DNA of 64,000 nucleotides from Eledone cirrhosa (GCA_964016885.1 OZ024745.1:22568001-22632000); one strand, 5' to 3'; counted from the stretch's first letter, positions 41,558 through 55,633 are shown. Translations and numbers: made by a program. The notes: generated by a model not told the origin, from the sequence alone.

Positions 41558-41895
41558 TTATACCACGAACGAGGAGATTCGGAAAAGAATCACCCAGAAC
41601 ATGACGTATTTTGAAGATCTGCTGACCACAGTGAAAATGAGAAAGTTGAGGTGGTTTGGGCATGTGACAAGATGAAACGGACACTCTAAAACTCCAAGGA
41701 ACAATGCGGGGTAAGAGAAGGCAGAGCCGACAGGAACCGGTCGATTGATAAAATAGCTGAGTGGGACGGGGAAGAAGTTTGCCACAACCCAAGCCCTGAC
41801 CCATAACCGCCAGAAATGGAGGCAGTTGGCGTAGCGTTCGCTAGTGCAGTGTCCCAACGAACCCGAAAGGGGTCAGGGGACCATGATGAAGATGA
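41558..41895 (+). mobile_element. RTE-clade LINE 3' fragment (decayed)
   Basis: TTNEEIRKRI..DLLTTVKMRKLRWFGHVTR*..QGTMRGKRR..HNRQKWRQL; (GAT)n-like tail. Confidence 0.8.
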
Positions 41896-42385
41896 TAGTT
41901 TTTTGCTTAGCCGTCTTCATTTCATGATATAAATGTTAGTAATATTTGTCTTTCCTAGCATCCACAGTTAGTAATAGCACTAATAGCAGATGTTTTATAC
42001 GCAAAAGGTATATAAGCTATAGCTTATACTTGTCTCAGTACAGGATAAGTAAAGGCCACCGATGGTGGATGAAAATTCAGAAACATGTGTCTGATGTTCT
42101 CCAACGGCTACTGAGATAGCTGTGACATTATCACAGCTTAAAACATTCAATATTCCATTGGCCACTCTAGCTACTAATCTGATCTTGCTAGGTGAATGGT
42201 TGACATAGTGACATTTTGAAATGGTGACTGCCGCTGTGAAACCAGAGATACGGGAGTTGCAACTAAGAAAAAACAAAGTGGATATAATCGAAATTAACAT
42301 TTCCCATAAATATATACATGGTGTGTGTGTATACATATTATATACATACATGGTGTGCGTGTGTATATACACACACGCGCGCACG

Positions 42386-42467
<82 letters not shown>

Positions 42468-42540
42468 TACACATATATATATATATATATACATATGGTA
42501 TGCGTGTGGACGCACACATGCACACACGCTCACATATATA

Positions 42541-42606
<66 letters not shown>

Positions 42607-42808
42607 CGCGTGTGTGTGTAAACATGATATATATATAATATCTGTGCGTGTGTGTGCGTGTGTAATCAAGTGCTAACGTAGACGGTCTTACATTGATACA
42701 TATTCATGAAGCGTAGCTGTTTGAAATAAATGAGGCAGACAAGAAGATTTAGGTGAGATTCTATATGAAGAAACAAAATAACATAATTACTGTATATATT
42801 AACTGTAG

Positions 42809-43540
42809 TTTATACACCTCCAGTTGTTGTTTAGAGACCACCTTGAGGAGGTTAATGTTAGGCCCAGTTAAATTTATCTTGTCAACCATAAACACACGAC
42901 AACGCATCATTTAGCGTCACTTTATACACCTCCAGTTGTTGTTTAGAGGCCGACCTGAGGAGGTCAACGTGAGGCCCAGTTAACTTTATCTTGTCATCCA
43001 TAAACATGTGACAAAGCTTCATTTTTTATGTCGTACGTGTCACTGTTTCACTGTGTGTACCATTCTGATTATATCTCTTTCAAAGCTTCATCTCTTCCGT
43101 TAAAATTCGATCTCAGATTCATCACATGTCTCCTTTTCTTTCTTCCGCTTTCGCCAGTAATAAGGTAGTTAATTCACCAGAAACGAGATACCACTATTAC
43201 TAGAAACTTTACTGCCGTTCTTGAAGTTGTTAGTATTTTTTTTACTGTCTTCTCCCAAAACAGTCCAAATGAAGCTGACCAGTAATCAACATTTTTCAAG
43301 CCCTTGTAATCCGATTGGTCTATGTATTAGAGACTATGTTGTACAATGACATATTCTATATGAGATTTGGCTACCATTTCTAGCCCAGATCAAGTAGAGC
43401 AGTAATCAACATTTTTCAAGCCCTTGTAATCCGATTGATTTAGAGACTATGTATTAGAGACTATGTTGTTCAATGTGTTCTTCCATTTCTATGATGATTA
43501 GGCATATTCTACTAGAGATTTGGCTACCATTTCTAGCAGG
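42809..43540. repeat. Two local tandem duplications (about 112-bp unit at 42809-43012; about 120-bp unit at 43280-43540)
   Basis: TTTATACACCTCCAGTTGTTGTTTAGAG x2; CAGTAATCAACATTTTTCAAGCCCTTGTAATCCGATTG x2. Confidence 0.8.
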
Positions 43541-44341
43541 TCAATTAACCTCATATGTGTTCAATTTCTCACCTATTTCCCTGTATTTCTTTTTTTTTTG
43601 TTTCTGTTTTGTTTTTTGTTGTTTTTATTTTGGCTTGTTTTTTGCTAATGTCATTGATATTGTTAGATACTGTTTCAATGTCATCCAGTAGGAAAAGATA
43701 CCACAAATGATTGGAGCACACGACTAATTCTTGGAAACAAAGCAGAGAAGTTTCGTTGTCTGAGCTGATCAGAGATACTCGAGTGTGTAAGCAGTTTGAT
43801 GAGCCAGCGTATCAGAAATGCAATGTAGTAATAAAGATGGGTGTATTCTATCTAGTTCTATCTGGTTCTATCTAGTTCTATCTAATCTTATATGATTCTA
43901 ATCAGACATGTGCATTATTTCAGATATTTTGCTCGACCATTTTAGAGGACTTCTTTTTCATTTTAGTGGACTTCTTTTTCATGAGATAATGAAACGTCAT
44001 ATTAAAGTGACAAACTAGAATTTGCTCTGTTCCTGGTTTCTAGATAGATATCCTGTAGGATGAGGTTAGAGGCTAGACAGAGGTGAAGAAATTTTATGTA
44101 ACTTCCATGTTATATTACCACATGAGCTCGTAACCTTTCTAAGTTTCATTCTACGGATTCTATTAGCCTTAAAAACCTTCTGCTGCCTACACAATATGCT
44201 CGATATATCGTAAGACAAGCTTATGTGAAAGTGTGTAACACAACCAACACTGGATGTTTTTTTACTCGTCCTCAGTATTGAGGTTCTGGCATGTTTCCCA
44301 CCTACTAATCTTCGGTTGATAGAAACTATAATATCATATAT

Positions 44342-44914
44342 CAGCGATCGCCAACCGGTGGTCCGTGGATCCCTTGTGTTCCGAGAGAAAATATTGGTGG
44401 TCTGCAGAAAGATTTGGATATTATTTGCAAATTTTATTTATTAATAATAAAACAAAAATAATATTTGGTTAAAATATTTTTTATAACACCCCTAAAAAAT
44501 GTCTCTCCTCAGTAAAGAACTAACATCCACGAAAGAATTCTACACATCTGTATCATCTATCGACAATATGACACACGTACACTTCAGTATTATTTAATAA
44601 AATGGAAGTTCTCTGATCATTATTTTACAAAAGGGCGGTGGATTTGCAGTATCGGTAGAGGGTCGGACGCCATGCTTTGCCGGATAGAGTTACGGCCCTT
44701 GTCATTCTGAGTTCAAATCCCCCCTTTCATCCTTACGGAGTCGATAATATAAAGTACCAGTAATGCACTGGATAATTGCTGGCCTTGTGCCCAAAGTAGA
44801 AACAATTATTTTACAAATGTATTTATCTTTTTAAAAAAATTCATATTAGTGGTCCGCGGGATTTAAAATTATGAATTTAGTGATCCGTGAGGTCCGAAAA
44901 GTTGGCGACCGCTG
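44342..44914. mobile_element. hAT (Charlie-like) MITE with a nested family A SINE at 44633-44810
   Basis: TIRs CAGCGATCGCCAAC and GTTGGCGACCGCTG; subterminal GTGGTCCG repeats; imperfect 8-bp TSD TCATATAT/TTCTATAT; SINE TSD ATTATTTTACAAA. Confidence 0.85.
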
Positions 44915-45184
44915 TTCTATATAGCGGTCAGAGCTTTTTCAATAGCTTCTCTGAGGGTACACTGAAAACACCTCGTTTTGTTCATAGACAGAGGTAGATC
45001 AGATTTCTTCTTGTTTCATTTTTCTACAATAAAATCGCTAAGAAAATAGGTAAATTTTGTTACGTGTCATATGTTCTTTATTTTTCTCTGGTTCTGAAAA
45101 TTGACAAATATTCAGTATTATTGATTGGCAGGCTACATTACCGACAGATTTACTACCATTTTTACCTTCTTCACTATTAAAGTA

Positions 45185-45640
45185 AAGTCTACTAAAGTCT
45201 GCCTTAAGCCAGAAGGCTCATTAGCTTGGCGCTTATCACAGTTTCATGGCGTGAAGCAACTGAGAGTACAAGACACACTCCTGGACAGGACGCCAGTCCA
45301 TCGCAGAGGTTAACCCCCAGCTATTTCTGGTACTCATTTTCAGCTGAGTATACGAGAGCAACGTGAAATGAAGTGTTTTCCTCAAGAACACAACACAACC
45401 CAGCCCAGGAATCGATATTTATATGGCGTTAGATTGGCAGTATCGGTAGAGCGGTGAACAACATTCTTTGCGGCATGTATTTATGACCTGTTAAGTTCTA
45501 AGTTCAAATCCCGCCGCGGTTAGATTTGCCTTTCATCCTTACGGAGTCGATAAAATAAAGTACCAGTAATGCATTGAGGTGATTTATTTGACTTTTCCCT
45601 CCTCTTCAAATCGTTGGCTTTGTGTTAAAAGTAGAAATAA
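45185..45640. mobile_element. Family B SINE (-, 45185-45415) abutting a family A SINE (+, 45425-45640)
   Basis: Diagnostic motifs of each family. Confidence 0.8.
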
Positions 45641-45939
45641 AGAAATAATTTATATCATCTTTGTTGTTATACTTCGTGTTAATGTTTCGATTGTTTCAAA
45701 CATTGCTGCTGCTGTTGTTGTTGTTGTTGTTGTTGTTGTTGTGATGTGGCTTCCTACGTCCCCCAGTACTTCACATTCTCACCCCATTCCTCTTCGGCTC
45801 TTTATGTAAATTGGTTTATTTTTCTTTCCAACTCATCCATTGCTATGTCCATAAACGGAGCAGACAGTGCCACCTCTGGTTCTCAGTCTTTGTCTCTCTG
45901 TCTTTCACAATCTTCCTCTCTCTCCCACCACCAGCCCCG

Positions 45940-45973
<34 letters not shown>

Positions 45974-46581
45974 ACGCACACACACACACCTCCACACTCT
46001 CTCTATCTCTCTCACTCTCTCTCTCGCCTCAACACACACAATCTCTCTCTCTCTCTATCACGCACAGACACACACACACACACACACCTCCACTCTCTCT
46101 CTCTCTCTCTCTCTCTGTCCTCTGTTCTGGTTCCACCATTTCACTCTCTCATTCACTCAATAGAGTCCTCAACGAGGGCCCAACTTTCCTCACTTGTCTC
46201 ACAGGCTCTCTTTAAATGTATCTCTCTCATCCACTCCCCCTTTCATGTTTGCCTCTACACCACCGTTAAATCACACACAAACACTCACGCACACAAGCGC
46301 GCATACACAGATACACACACTCATACACACATACAAACACACATATACACACACACACACTCACACATACATACACACATATATACACACACAAAAACAA
46401 AAATACATACACATACACAGACACGCACAGCTATGTATACATGGGTGTATATAGATATATGAATGTCTATATGTGTGTGTATCTGTATATACCCAATACA
46501 AACAAGATACATATATATATATATATATGGACTCACATATATATATATATAAATATATATATATATATGTGTGTATGTATA

Positions 46582-46671
<90 letters not shown>

Positions 46672-46725
46672 CATACATACATATACGTATATAAACATTT
46701 ATATGTATGAATATATATATATTTA

Positions 46726-46775
<50 letters not shown>

Positions 46776-46814
46776 TAAATATATATATATTCATACATAT
46801 AAATGTTTATATAC

Positions 46815-46856
<42 letters not shown>

Positions 46857-46916
46857 ATATATATATATATACATACACACACTCACACACACACACATAT
46901 ATATATATATTCATAC

Positions 46917-46949
<33 letters not shown>

Positions 46950-46980
46950 TATATATATATATTCATACATATATTTGTTT

Positions 46981-47030
<50 letters not shown>

Positions 47031-47038
47031 TTGTATGT

Positions 47039-47071
<33 letters not shown>

Positions 47072-47432
47072 GATATATAGTCACCAGAATGTATTCATAT
47101 ATACACGCATACTGACATCACATAGAGAACAGACAACAAAGCCAAATGAAAGAGTTCACTCATTCATTAGAGGCAGTCTTCCTATTCATTTGTTTTTCTG
47201 GACAAAGACGTGTTTATTCTCACTCCCCCCACGGCCCCTCTTCTCTTAACCCACCCCTTACACTGGTTCTTTACATCACACACACACACACACACACATA
47301 TATATACACACACATACATGCAATGACTAACGCATCTACACAGTGACTAACATATCCCCACATCCACATTCGCACTGATATAACATGTGTATGCATACAC
47401 GTCTATAAACATAGACATATGTATGTACTTAA

Positions 47433-47481
<49 letters not shown>

Positions 47482-47536
47482 TATATATATAAATATATAT
47501 TCATGTGTATATATATATATGTACAGTATATATTCA

Positions 47537-47575
<39 letters not shown>

Positions 47576-47613
47576 TCATGTATGTATATATATATATATA
47601 TATACATACATGC

Positions 47614-47644
<31 letters not shown>

Positions 47645-47784
47645 CATACATGCATATATATATATATATATATAAATATATATATATATGTATAATAATA
47701 TATATTAGTGGTGCATTTACAAATATATACATGGGTGTGTATTAGTGTTGGTTTTTGTGATTAAAATCATTAAAAAATACCGAA

Positions 47785-47835
<51 letters not shown>

Positions 47836-48125
47836 TGTCAGTGTGTGTGTGTCAGTGTGTGTCAGTGTGTGCTTTTATGAATCTATCTGGGAGAGTATGT
47901 GTAGGGGGGTATGTGTGTCTGTGTGCATACATACATATATAAATACATACATATATAAATACATACATATATAAATACATACATATATAAATACATACAT
48001 ATATAAATACATACATATATAAATACATACATATATTTCAAATTGGCCGTGATGTTTTAGAATACGAGAGAACTTTCTACGTATATATGTTTTTAACCAG
48101 CCATGCGCACACTATTTATGCAGAC

Positions 48126-48242
<117 letters not shown>

Positions 48243-48372
48243 CATATACATACATATAATGAGTGCTTTAACGTGTATACATTATGTACGTCTCCAATCG
48301 TACTTATTTTTATAACCGACCATATATATATATCAGATTTTTTATCATATATATATACATATATATATATAT

Positions 48373-48453
<81 letters not shown>

Positions 48454-48525
48454 CATATATACACATATATACATGTATATATACATATATATATATACAT
48501 ATATACACACATATATACATATATA

Positions 48526-48589
<64 letters not shown>

Positions 48590-48637
48590 TATATTTATAT
48601 ATACATATATATATTTATATATACATATATCATATAT

Positions 48638-48687
<50 letters not shown>

Positions 48688-48700
48688 TTACACATACATA

Positions 48701-48739
<39 letters not shown>

Positions 48740-48740
48740 C

Positions 48741-48792
<52 letters not shown>

Positions 48793-48843
48793 TACACATA
48801 TACATACATATATATATATCATATATATATAATATAAAATCTG

Positions 48844-48881
<38 letters not shown>

Positions 48882-49335
48882 TATATATAGAATGTACGAT
48901 GTTTTTCCATCCGCTTCTCCGACCTCTATTCCAGTTGCCAAGCTTTGGATGGAGTCGAAATCTTACAGTCATTTCCTCACCGGAAGTACTGTTGGCGCCA
49001 TTGTTGCCGGGGTCCTTGCATTACACAACGCAAACTTGGCACAGCCCATCGACTGCCACCAACCGATGGTTTCACTTACTCCACCACCAACAGTGTTTAT
49101 TGTATCACCGTCGCCATTGCTAATAACCATCATCCTTTCACTGCCACAAACACCACCTCCAATTCAACCTTCAAACATCGTCGTCAATGGTAAGAAACAT
49201 GAGAACTCGGATCAAACCAATGCTTCCGGTATTGTCTATCTAACTCACTCCCACCTCCCCCTCTCTATTTCTCTCTCACTCTCTCTCTTTTTCTCTCCCT
49301 CTCTATCTAACTATCTATTTATCTATCTATCCATC

Positions 49336-49366
<31 letters not shown>

Positions 49367-49369
49367 CAT

Positions 49370-52300
49370 CTAGGTCGTACCTAGATAGGTTCTTAGTTAG
49401 AATTAAGGATAAGGACTTTTTAAGTTGTCCAAAAATGCGCATGGTTGGCTATTCAGACCACAAATTAGTGACCTGCATGGTCAACCTTGACAGAACTCAT
49501 AGACAGGTCCCCGGTTACTGGAAGCTCAACTTGTCCTTGCCGGCAAGTAGAGCCTACAGGAATCGGATTAGTACGTTAGTTAAGGAACGGTTGACTGGAG
49601 CGATCGTCAACAGCAGGTGGTGGGTATCTCTAAAGAGAGATATTAGAGTAGTCTCGATAGAATTTAGTAAGGTTCTAGCTGCGGATAGGAATAGGAAGGA
49701 AAGGGAGCTAATAAATAGAGTAGAAGAGGCAATTAGAAGCGGCGACGTGGCCAGAGTGCTAGCGTCGAGAACGGCTTTGAGCCAGTTTTTTGACGCGAAG
49801 CACGAAGGCTGCGTTGTCCGAAGTAAAATACGTGCTCTAGGGAACGAGGGGACCAAAGCTGTTAGCTGGGCCCGCGTGACAGAGGCCAACAGTGGAACTA
49901 GATCCACCATCCGGTCTTTGCGAGACCTGGATGGACGGGCGATTCTTGAGCCTAAGCAGATGTGTGAGGCCTTTCAAAGGCACTTTGCCCGACTGTTCGG
50001 GAGGGGTGGGGAGCCGGTTGGGAACGTGGACTTCGGTCCATACCTCGACGGCCTGCCGCGCCTCTCGGACAGGGAGGCGAAGTCCTGCGAGGAGCCGATT
50101 TCGGCCGCTGAGATAGAGGACGTGCTGAGCCAATGCGGCAAACGCAAATCCCCGGGTCTCGATGGTCTTCCTTACGAATTATATCTAGCTATGCCGGACT
50201 TGTTCCCCGATCTCCTCGAGGCGGTCTACTGCAACTGGCAACAGAACGGGAGAATTCCCTGTACTGTGACCAAGGGCGTAGTCACGCTAGTGAGGAAGGA
50301 CGAGAACAAGGGGGACGAAATAAGTAACTTCAGGCCCATAACTCTGCTAAATACAGAGTTACAGATTTTGGCCAAGGTGCTAGCAAAGAGGTTGGCGCTT
50401 GTCGTGGGCAACCTGGTGGGAGATGCGCAGACATGCGCTATCCCGTCCAGGTCCATCCATGACAACCTCCACCTCATGCGATACATCATATAGAGGGTTG
50501 GCAACGAACCCGGCTTTGGTGGGGCTCTGATCAACTTGGATCAATCTAAGGCGTTCGATAGGGTCGACCATGGTTACCTGGATGCGGTGCTAGCGGCGGC
50601 AGGCTTCGGACCCGTTTTCAGGGGCTGGATCACTGCTAAGCACAGCAGCCGCATCTGCTCTAGGGTCAAGGTGAACGGCTACCTCTCGGAGCCGTTCAAA
50701 ATCGCGCGGTCCATCCGACAAGGGTGCCCTCTCTCCTCCCTTCTGTATGTGTTGACTCTCGAACCACTACTGCGGAAGTTGGAGTTGTTGCAGGGCATCC
50801 CTTTGGAACCGGGATTGCGGAAAGCGGTGTCGGCCTACGCCGATGACGTGACAGTAATGGTGTCGACGGCCTCCGAAATCGAGGCGGTCGGCACCTTACT
50901 GGAGGAGTACGAAAAGTTCACAGGGGCTAAGCTGAACCGGGACAAGTCGATCGGTTTGCAACTCGGCACGTGGAGGGGCAGACTGATGCCCTCCGATGGC
51001 GTCGTCGGACGCTGGACGGAGGGCCCGGTGAAGTTGCTCGGGGTCTGGTTCGGACCGGACCTCCAGGTGGAGAAAAACTGGGCGGAGGTTACGAACAGGG
51101 TGTTTGCACTGACCCAGAAGTGGGCCAGTTGCAAACTATCCCTGAAAGGTCGGGCGGAGGTGGCGAACACCTACATAGCGTCCGTCATCTACTACCGCCT
51201 GACCGTAGTGCCCTGCCCAAGGGAAACCCTCACCAAGATGGAGCGCGCGCTCTTCCAATTCCTTTGGAAGAGGCGGGCTCCTATGGTGAGGAGATCCATC
51301 TGCTGTCAACACCCTTCGAAAGGAGGGCTGGGGATGCCGTGGCTAATGATGCGTAAACACGCATTAAGGCTACGGCACCTCTACGTATTCCTCACCGGAC
51401 AACCGGTATGGGCCTCGTTTGTGAGACGAACCTTTCCCAGACTCGTCTCACTCACCGAGCTGCAATCCTGGGTCAAGCAAAGACCGAGAAAACTGGGCAC
51501 CTGGCACACTGAGTGTGCCCAGGCGCTCACCGCCCTCTGGCAGGCGGATCCGGTTATCAGTGGAGACTCCACCGCAACATTCTATAGAGGGCTGGTACGC
51601 AGCAGGTGCGACGACGCCCTCGGAGAAGCCCTAGTCATGGAGGAGGACGAACTGGCCAGCCTGTTCGGTAGGACATTCAGCCCGGGACCTATGGACAACT
51701 TTCAGAAGTCCCTGGTCTGGCAGTGCTACCGAGGGGCTTTACCCGTTCGAGAAAGGCTCTACAGACACGGGCGCCCGGGTAGGGACCCCGCCAAAAAGAT
51801 CTGTCCCAGATGCGTGTGCGACGAGGAAACCGTTGCACACGCATTGGTACACTGCTCGGGCGTAGCCGATCTGTGGGGCTATGTCGAACAACTGCTGTCA
51901 AGGGTGGGACCGATCCGGTTGACCACCGAGTCTATTGTAATGATCAAGCCGCCTCCCCCCTTCAAAGATGAAGCAGAGGCGGTGTTTCTGTGCGTAATAG
52001 CCATGGCGAAAGAGGTTGTATGGTGGACGCGTCTGAAAGGACTGAGGTCAGGCACCTTTCTCTCTGGCCAACAACTGGTCCGTTTCTTCCGTTATCATTT
52101 CGGAAGAAGGATCAGGATGGAGAGAGAGGTGCTGCACCCCAGCCGTTTCTATGAAAGATGGGTGAAAGTGGCGAGAATGGCCCGTGTGAATGGGCCTTCA
52201 CTCTACATCAGACTATAGGTGAGGAAGATGAAAGACCAAGGGAGCACCCCTTCTCTGTGCTCCTGAGGAGAAGGGTTGCACACTTTTTTCGGGGGTGTGT

Positions 52301-52545
52301 GCGACCCCCCAAGGCGCCTCCTCTCTATTGAGGATTTTGTTATAAATTTTATTTTTTGTTATATTTTATAACAAAATCCTCTATTGAGGATTTTGTTATA
52401 ATTCTATTTTTTGTTATATTTTATTTTATTTTTATATATTGTTATTGCCTCCTCCCTATTGAGGACGCCTTGTTTTGTAAACTCCCCCCATTGTACTTGT
52501 CCCACTTTTGATGCCCTTGTGGCAAATAAAAGAAACATATCTATC
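49370..52545 (+). mobile_element. 5'-truncated Tx1/L1-clade non-LTR retrotransposon
   Basis: Abrupt GC-rich block between (TATC)n tracts. End of APE endonuclease (SYLDRFLV..SDH, YWKLN), RT, CCHC, and a 3' UTR ending GGCAAATAAAAGAAA. Confidence 0.95.
49372..52218 (+). pseudogene. LINE ORF2 (partial EN + RT + CCHC), interrupted by one in-frame TAG at 50491-50493
   Basis: KSPGLDG, FRPITLLN, LDQSKAFDRVDH, RQGCPLS, YADD, GGLGMP, CPRC..ETVAHALVHC. The two listed ORFs share one frame; the first about 160 aa of ORF 48892 are flanking DNA. Confidence 0.93.
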
Positions 52546-52569
52546 TATCTACCTACCTATCCCCACATT

Positions 52570-52622
52570 ATGTCTTTGTATTGTCCCCTTTTCTTGTGCG
52601 CCCTTGTGGCAAATAAAGAAAT
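52570..52622 (+). mobile_element. Second, very short Tx1-type 3' end in tandem
   Basis: TTGTATTGTCCCCTTTTCTTGTGCGCCCTTGTGGCAAATAAAGAAA followed by (TATC)n. Confidence 0.75.
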
Positions 52623-52645
52623 ATATCTATCTATCTATCAATCTG

Positions 52646-52704
<59 letters not shown>

Positions 52705-53146
52705 CTCTCTCCATCTCTCTCTAAATATATATATAACTATCTGACGCTGCACTTGTCTGTCTTCCTTGTCTGCATAAATGTCGGTCAGTTGCTTGATTTA
52801 CTTTCATTCCCCCCCCCCCCCATCTCTCACTCTCACGCACATACACTATTTCCCTCTACCCCTCCCCGTCTCTCTCACTCCCCTTCTTTCTCTTGGGAAC
52901 AGCTTTTCATTCAAATATATTATATTGAAGATATGACAGTGTTAAAATTTATTTTGTTTTATTTTAAGTTCATCATATTTCCTAGTTTGTGTTTAGTTTA
53001 GAACAATATTATTTCCAGACGTTTTGGGTCTGATCATTTTAATGATATTAGTGGTGTTATGTGACCGAGGGTTGTAAGAAACATCAGAGGATCATGGCAA
53101 TATGGTAATAACTAAAGAACTCTCCATACATTTTGACTCTGTACAT

Positions 53147-53187
<41 letters not shown>

Positions 53188-53215
53188 GCACACATACATA
53201 ACATATACATACATA

Positions 53216-53289
<74 letters not shown>

Positions 53290-53293
<4 letters not shown>

Positions 53294-53398
53294 CACGCTG
53301 AAAACACCGGTTCTCGTCCGATCACCGAAGTTAAGCAACGTAGAGCCTAGTTAGTACTTAGATGAGTGACCACTTGGGAACCCTAGGTGCCGTAAGCA
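53290..53398 (+). pseudogene. 5S rRNA copy lacking about the first 10 nt
   Basis: ATATCACGCTGAAAACACCGGTTCTCGTCCGATCACCGAAGTTAAGC..TTAGTACTTAGATGAGTGACCACTTGGGAA..GTAAGC plus T-rich terminator. Box C substitutions; 5' end replaced by (TA)n. Confidence 0.92.
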
Positions 53399-53605
53399 TT
53401 TCTTTTAAGCCAGGTGGTGCTATTAAGTTAGACATGGCCTGGGCCAATACTGGCCGAAACCTATCAAAGTTATCAAAGTTATATATTGTTATACTTGGGG
53501 AGGGTCATATTGTTGTAATAATAACAGAACACACTCACTGTTTGGTTGGTTTTCGCTTCTGTATCTTATGTATTATGTATGTATATGTTATGTATGTATG
53601 CATGT

Positions 53606-53655
<50 letters not shown>

Positions 53656-54102
53656 GTGCGTACCACCACATATTTACACACCCAGCCTCCGGAATCCTCT
53701 CCCCCACCCCTCTGACCCCTCCCCATCCACACACGCACACACACACACACCGACCTACACCCCACCCACACACACCTTTTCCTGAACATGCAACCCCGTT
53801 CTTCCCCAAAATCTTACTTTCACATACACACACACACACACGTACACACACACACACACACACCACCTTCAGCCCTCCCCGCTCGAACACCCCCGCCTCC
53901 CTCTCCTCACTCCACCCGCCACCACCCCTACAGGCCCCACACCCTTCCACCACCTGTTTTAACTCATGTTTATTTTTATTTTTATTTTTATTATGCTTTT
54001 ATATTTAATTTCATTTGTACCGTTTCCTCTCACCCCCTTTTTTCTATATGTCTCTCCACCACTCCCCTACACACCCTTGGAACTCTCTTCCCACACACTT
54101 TT

Positions 54103-54136
54103 CACCTGAAGAAGGTCTTATGCCCGAAACGTCGTT
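54103..54136 (+). ncRNA. Minimal hammerhead motif at the end of a PLE-like remnant
   Basis: cac-CTGAAGA-aggtcttatgccc-GAAA-cg-TC-gtt; AATAAA at about 54172, then (TA)n. Confidence 0.65.
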
Positions 54137-54819
54137 CCCCACCACCACCCCACTCTCAAGAGCGTGAAACTAATAAACCTTTATATATATATATATATAT
54201 AACGATGGGCTTTTGTTATATTTGTTATATTTTCTGCATCATAAATAACCACAGGGCTGGCGTTATACATGGTGGTTAAGAAATATATTAGAAGTCGGCT
54301 AACAATATTCTTTGGATGAGAAAGCAAGGGCAACAACTCTATGTATGGGTGTGCATAAATGTTTCTGTGTGTGCGTTTGTGTTTATTGGTTGGGTTGTCT
54401 GAAGGTGTGTCTACGTTTGTATATACTGGTCAAAGCTGGAGCATGGAATTACGTATCGCTCAGCCAAACTAAGTAGAATATAGGCATTCCATAGAGATCG
54501 ATGAAATAAGAATGAAAAGGAAATAAGTACTGTGATCGATAAGATCTACTAAACTCTTAAAGTTGGTGCCTCTGCATTGCTTCAGCCCACAATCTGAAGC
54601 TAATAAAAGTCTAAAAGAATTCTATAGAATTCTTGTTCATTACATTGTAATTTGCGAGTAGATCTATGAAGGTGGTAAAACTCCCAGTTAATCGATTTCA
54701 GGGCCTTATTTTGTTTCTCGGATTCAGTTACTTCGACATTAAATTGTTTTAGAGAGAAGCATGAACACCACAAACTATTACTACCTCTTCATGAAAATAA
54801 AACAATGTATTTTCCAAGC

Positions 54820-55468
54820 TTCGAAGTTGATTAGGTCCGTGTTCATCCCGGTTTCCATATCGTTAAGCGATTGTGAGTACAAGACTCCGAAATGGATAGA
54901 ACGACAGTCCATCAGATTGTTAACCCCCTCCTCACACCTACTGCTGGTGCTGATTTTCAGCTGAGTATACAGGAGCAACATGAAATGAAGAGTTTTGCTC
55001 AAGAGCACAAGGCACAGTCTGGTCCAGGAACCGATCCACAACAATATGAACTTAAGTCCAATAATGTAACCACTTGGCCACGCGCCCTCACCACTGCCTA
55101 CCGTTAGACTAAAGTTAATAGAGGTTATTAACTGTTTGCAAGCATTTCTATTAAAAACAAATGAAGTAACTAACTGAATGTATTTCAAGTACGATCGAAA
55201 ATGGAGTACTTCTGCTATATCTGGGGCGGGGCTACAATTACATATACGAATAAGGGCAATAAATTGGCAGAGTCTTTAAAGCGTCAGACAATTGCATAGA
55301 GGTATTTTTCAGGTTCTTTAGGTTCCGAGTTCAAGTCCAGTCGTGGTCAATTTTGTCTTCAATCCTTTCGTGGTCAATAATATCAAGTACCAGTCATGCA
55401 TTAAGGGTCGATTTGATCGACATTCCCCTCCCCAAACTTGCTGGTCTTGTACCTAAAGTACAAATTAC
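54820..55468. mobile_element. Family B SINE (-, 54820-55090) and diverged family A SINE (+, 55255-55468)
   Basis: Diagnostic motifs of each family. Confidence 0.7.
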
Positions 55469-55576
55469 TAATATACACACAAGTATCTTACATTTCATCA
55501 AAAATCAAAAATTCATTGCCAAAAGCTTATTCACTGTTCTACGGCCTTCTTTACTTTTCTCTTTCACTCACACACG

Positions 55577-55633
<57 letters not shown>

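Noticed and set aside
48892-50493. 533-aa ORF as a complete protein
   Set aside because: The N-terminal about 160 aa are flank and (TATC)n read-through; LINE homology starts near 49372.
53290-53398. Functional 5S gene, or a 5S-targeting (Mutsu-like) link to the nearby Tx1
   Set aside because: The 5' end is missing and box C is altered; the LINE ends about 750 bp away and is flanked by TATC, not 5S.
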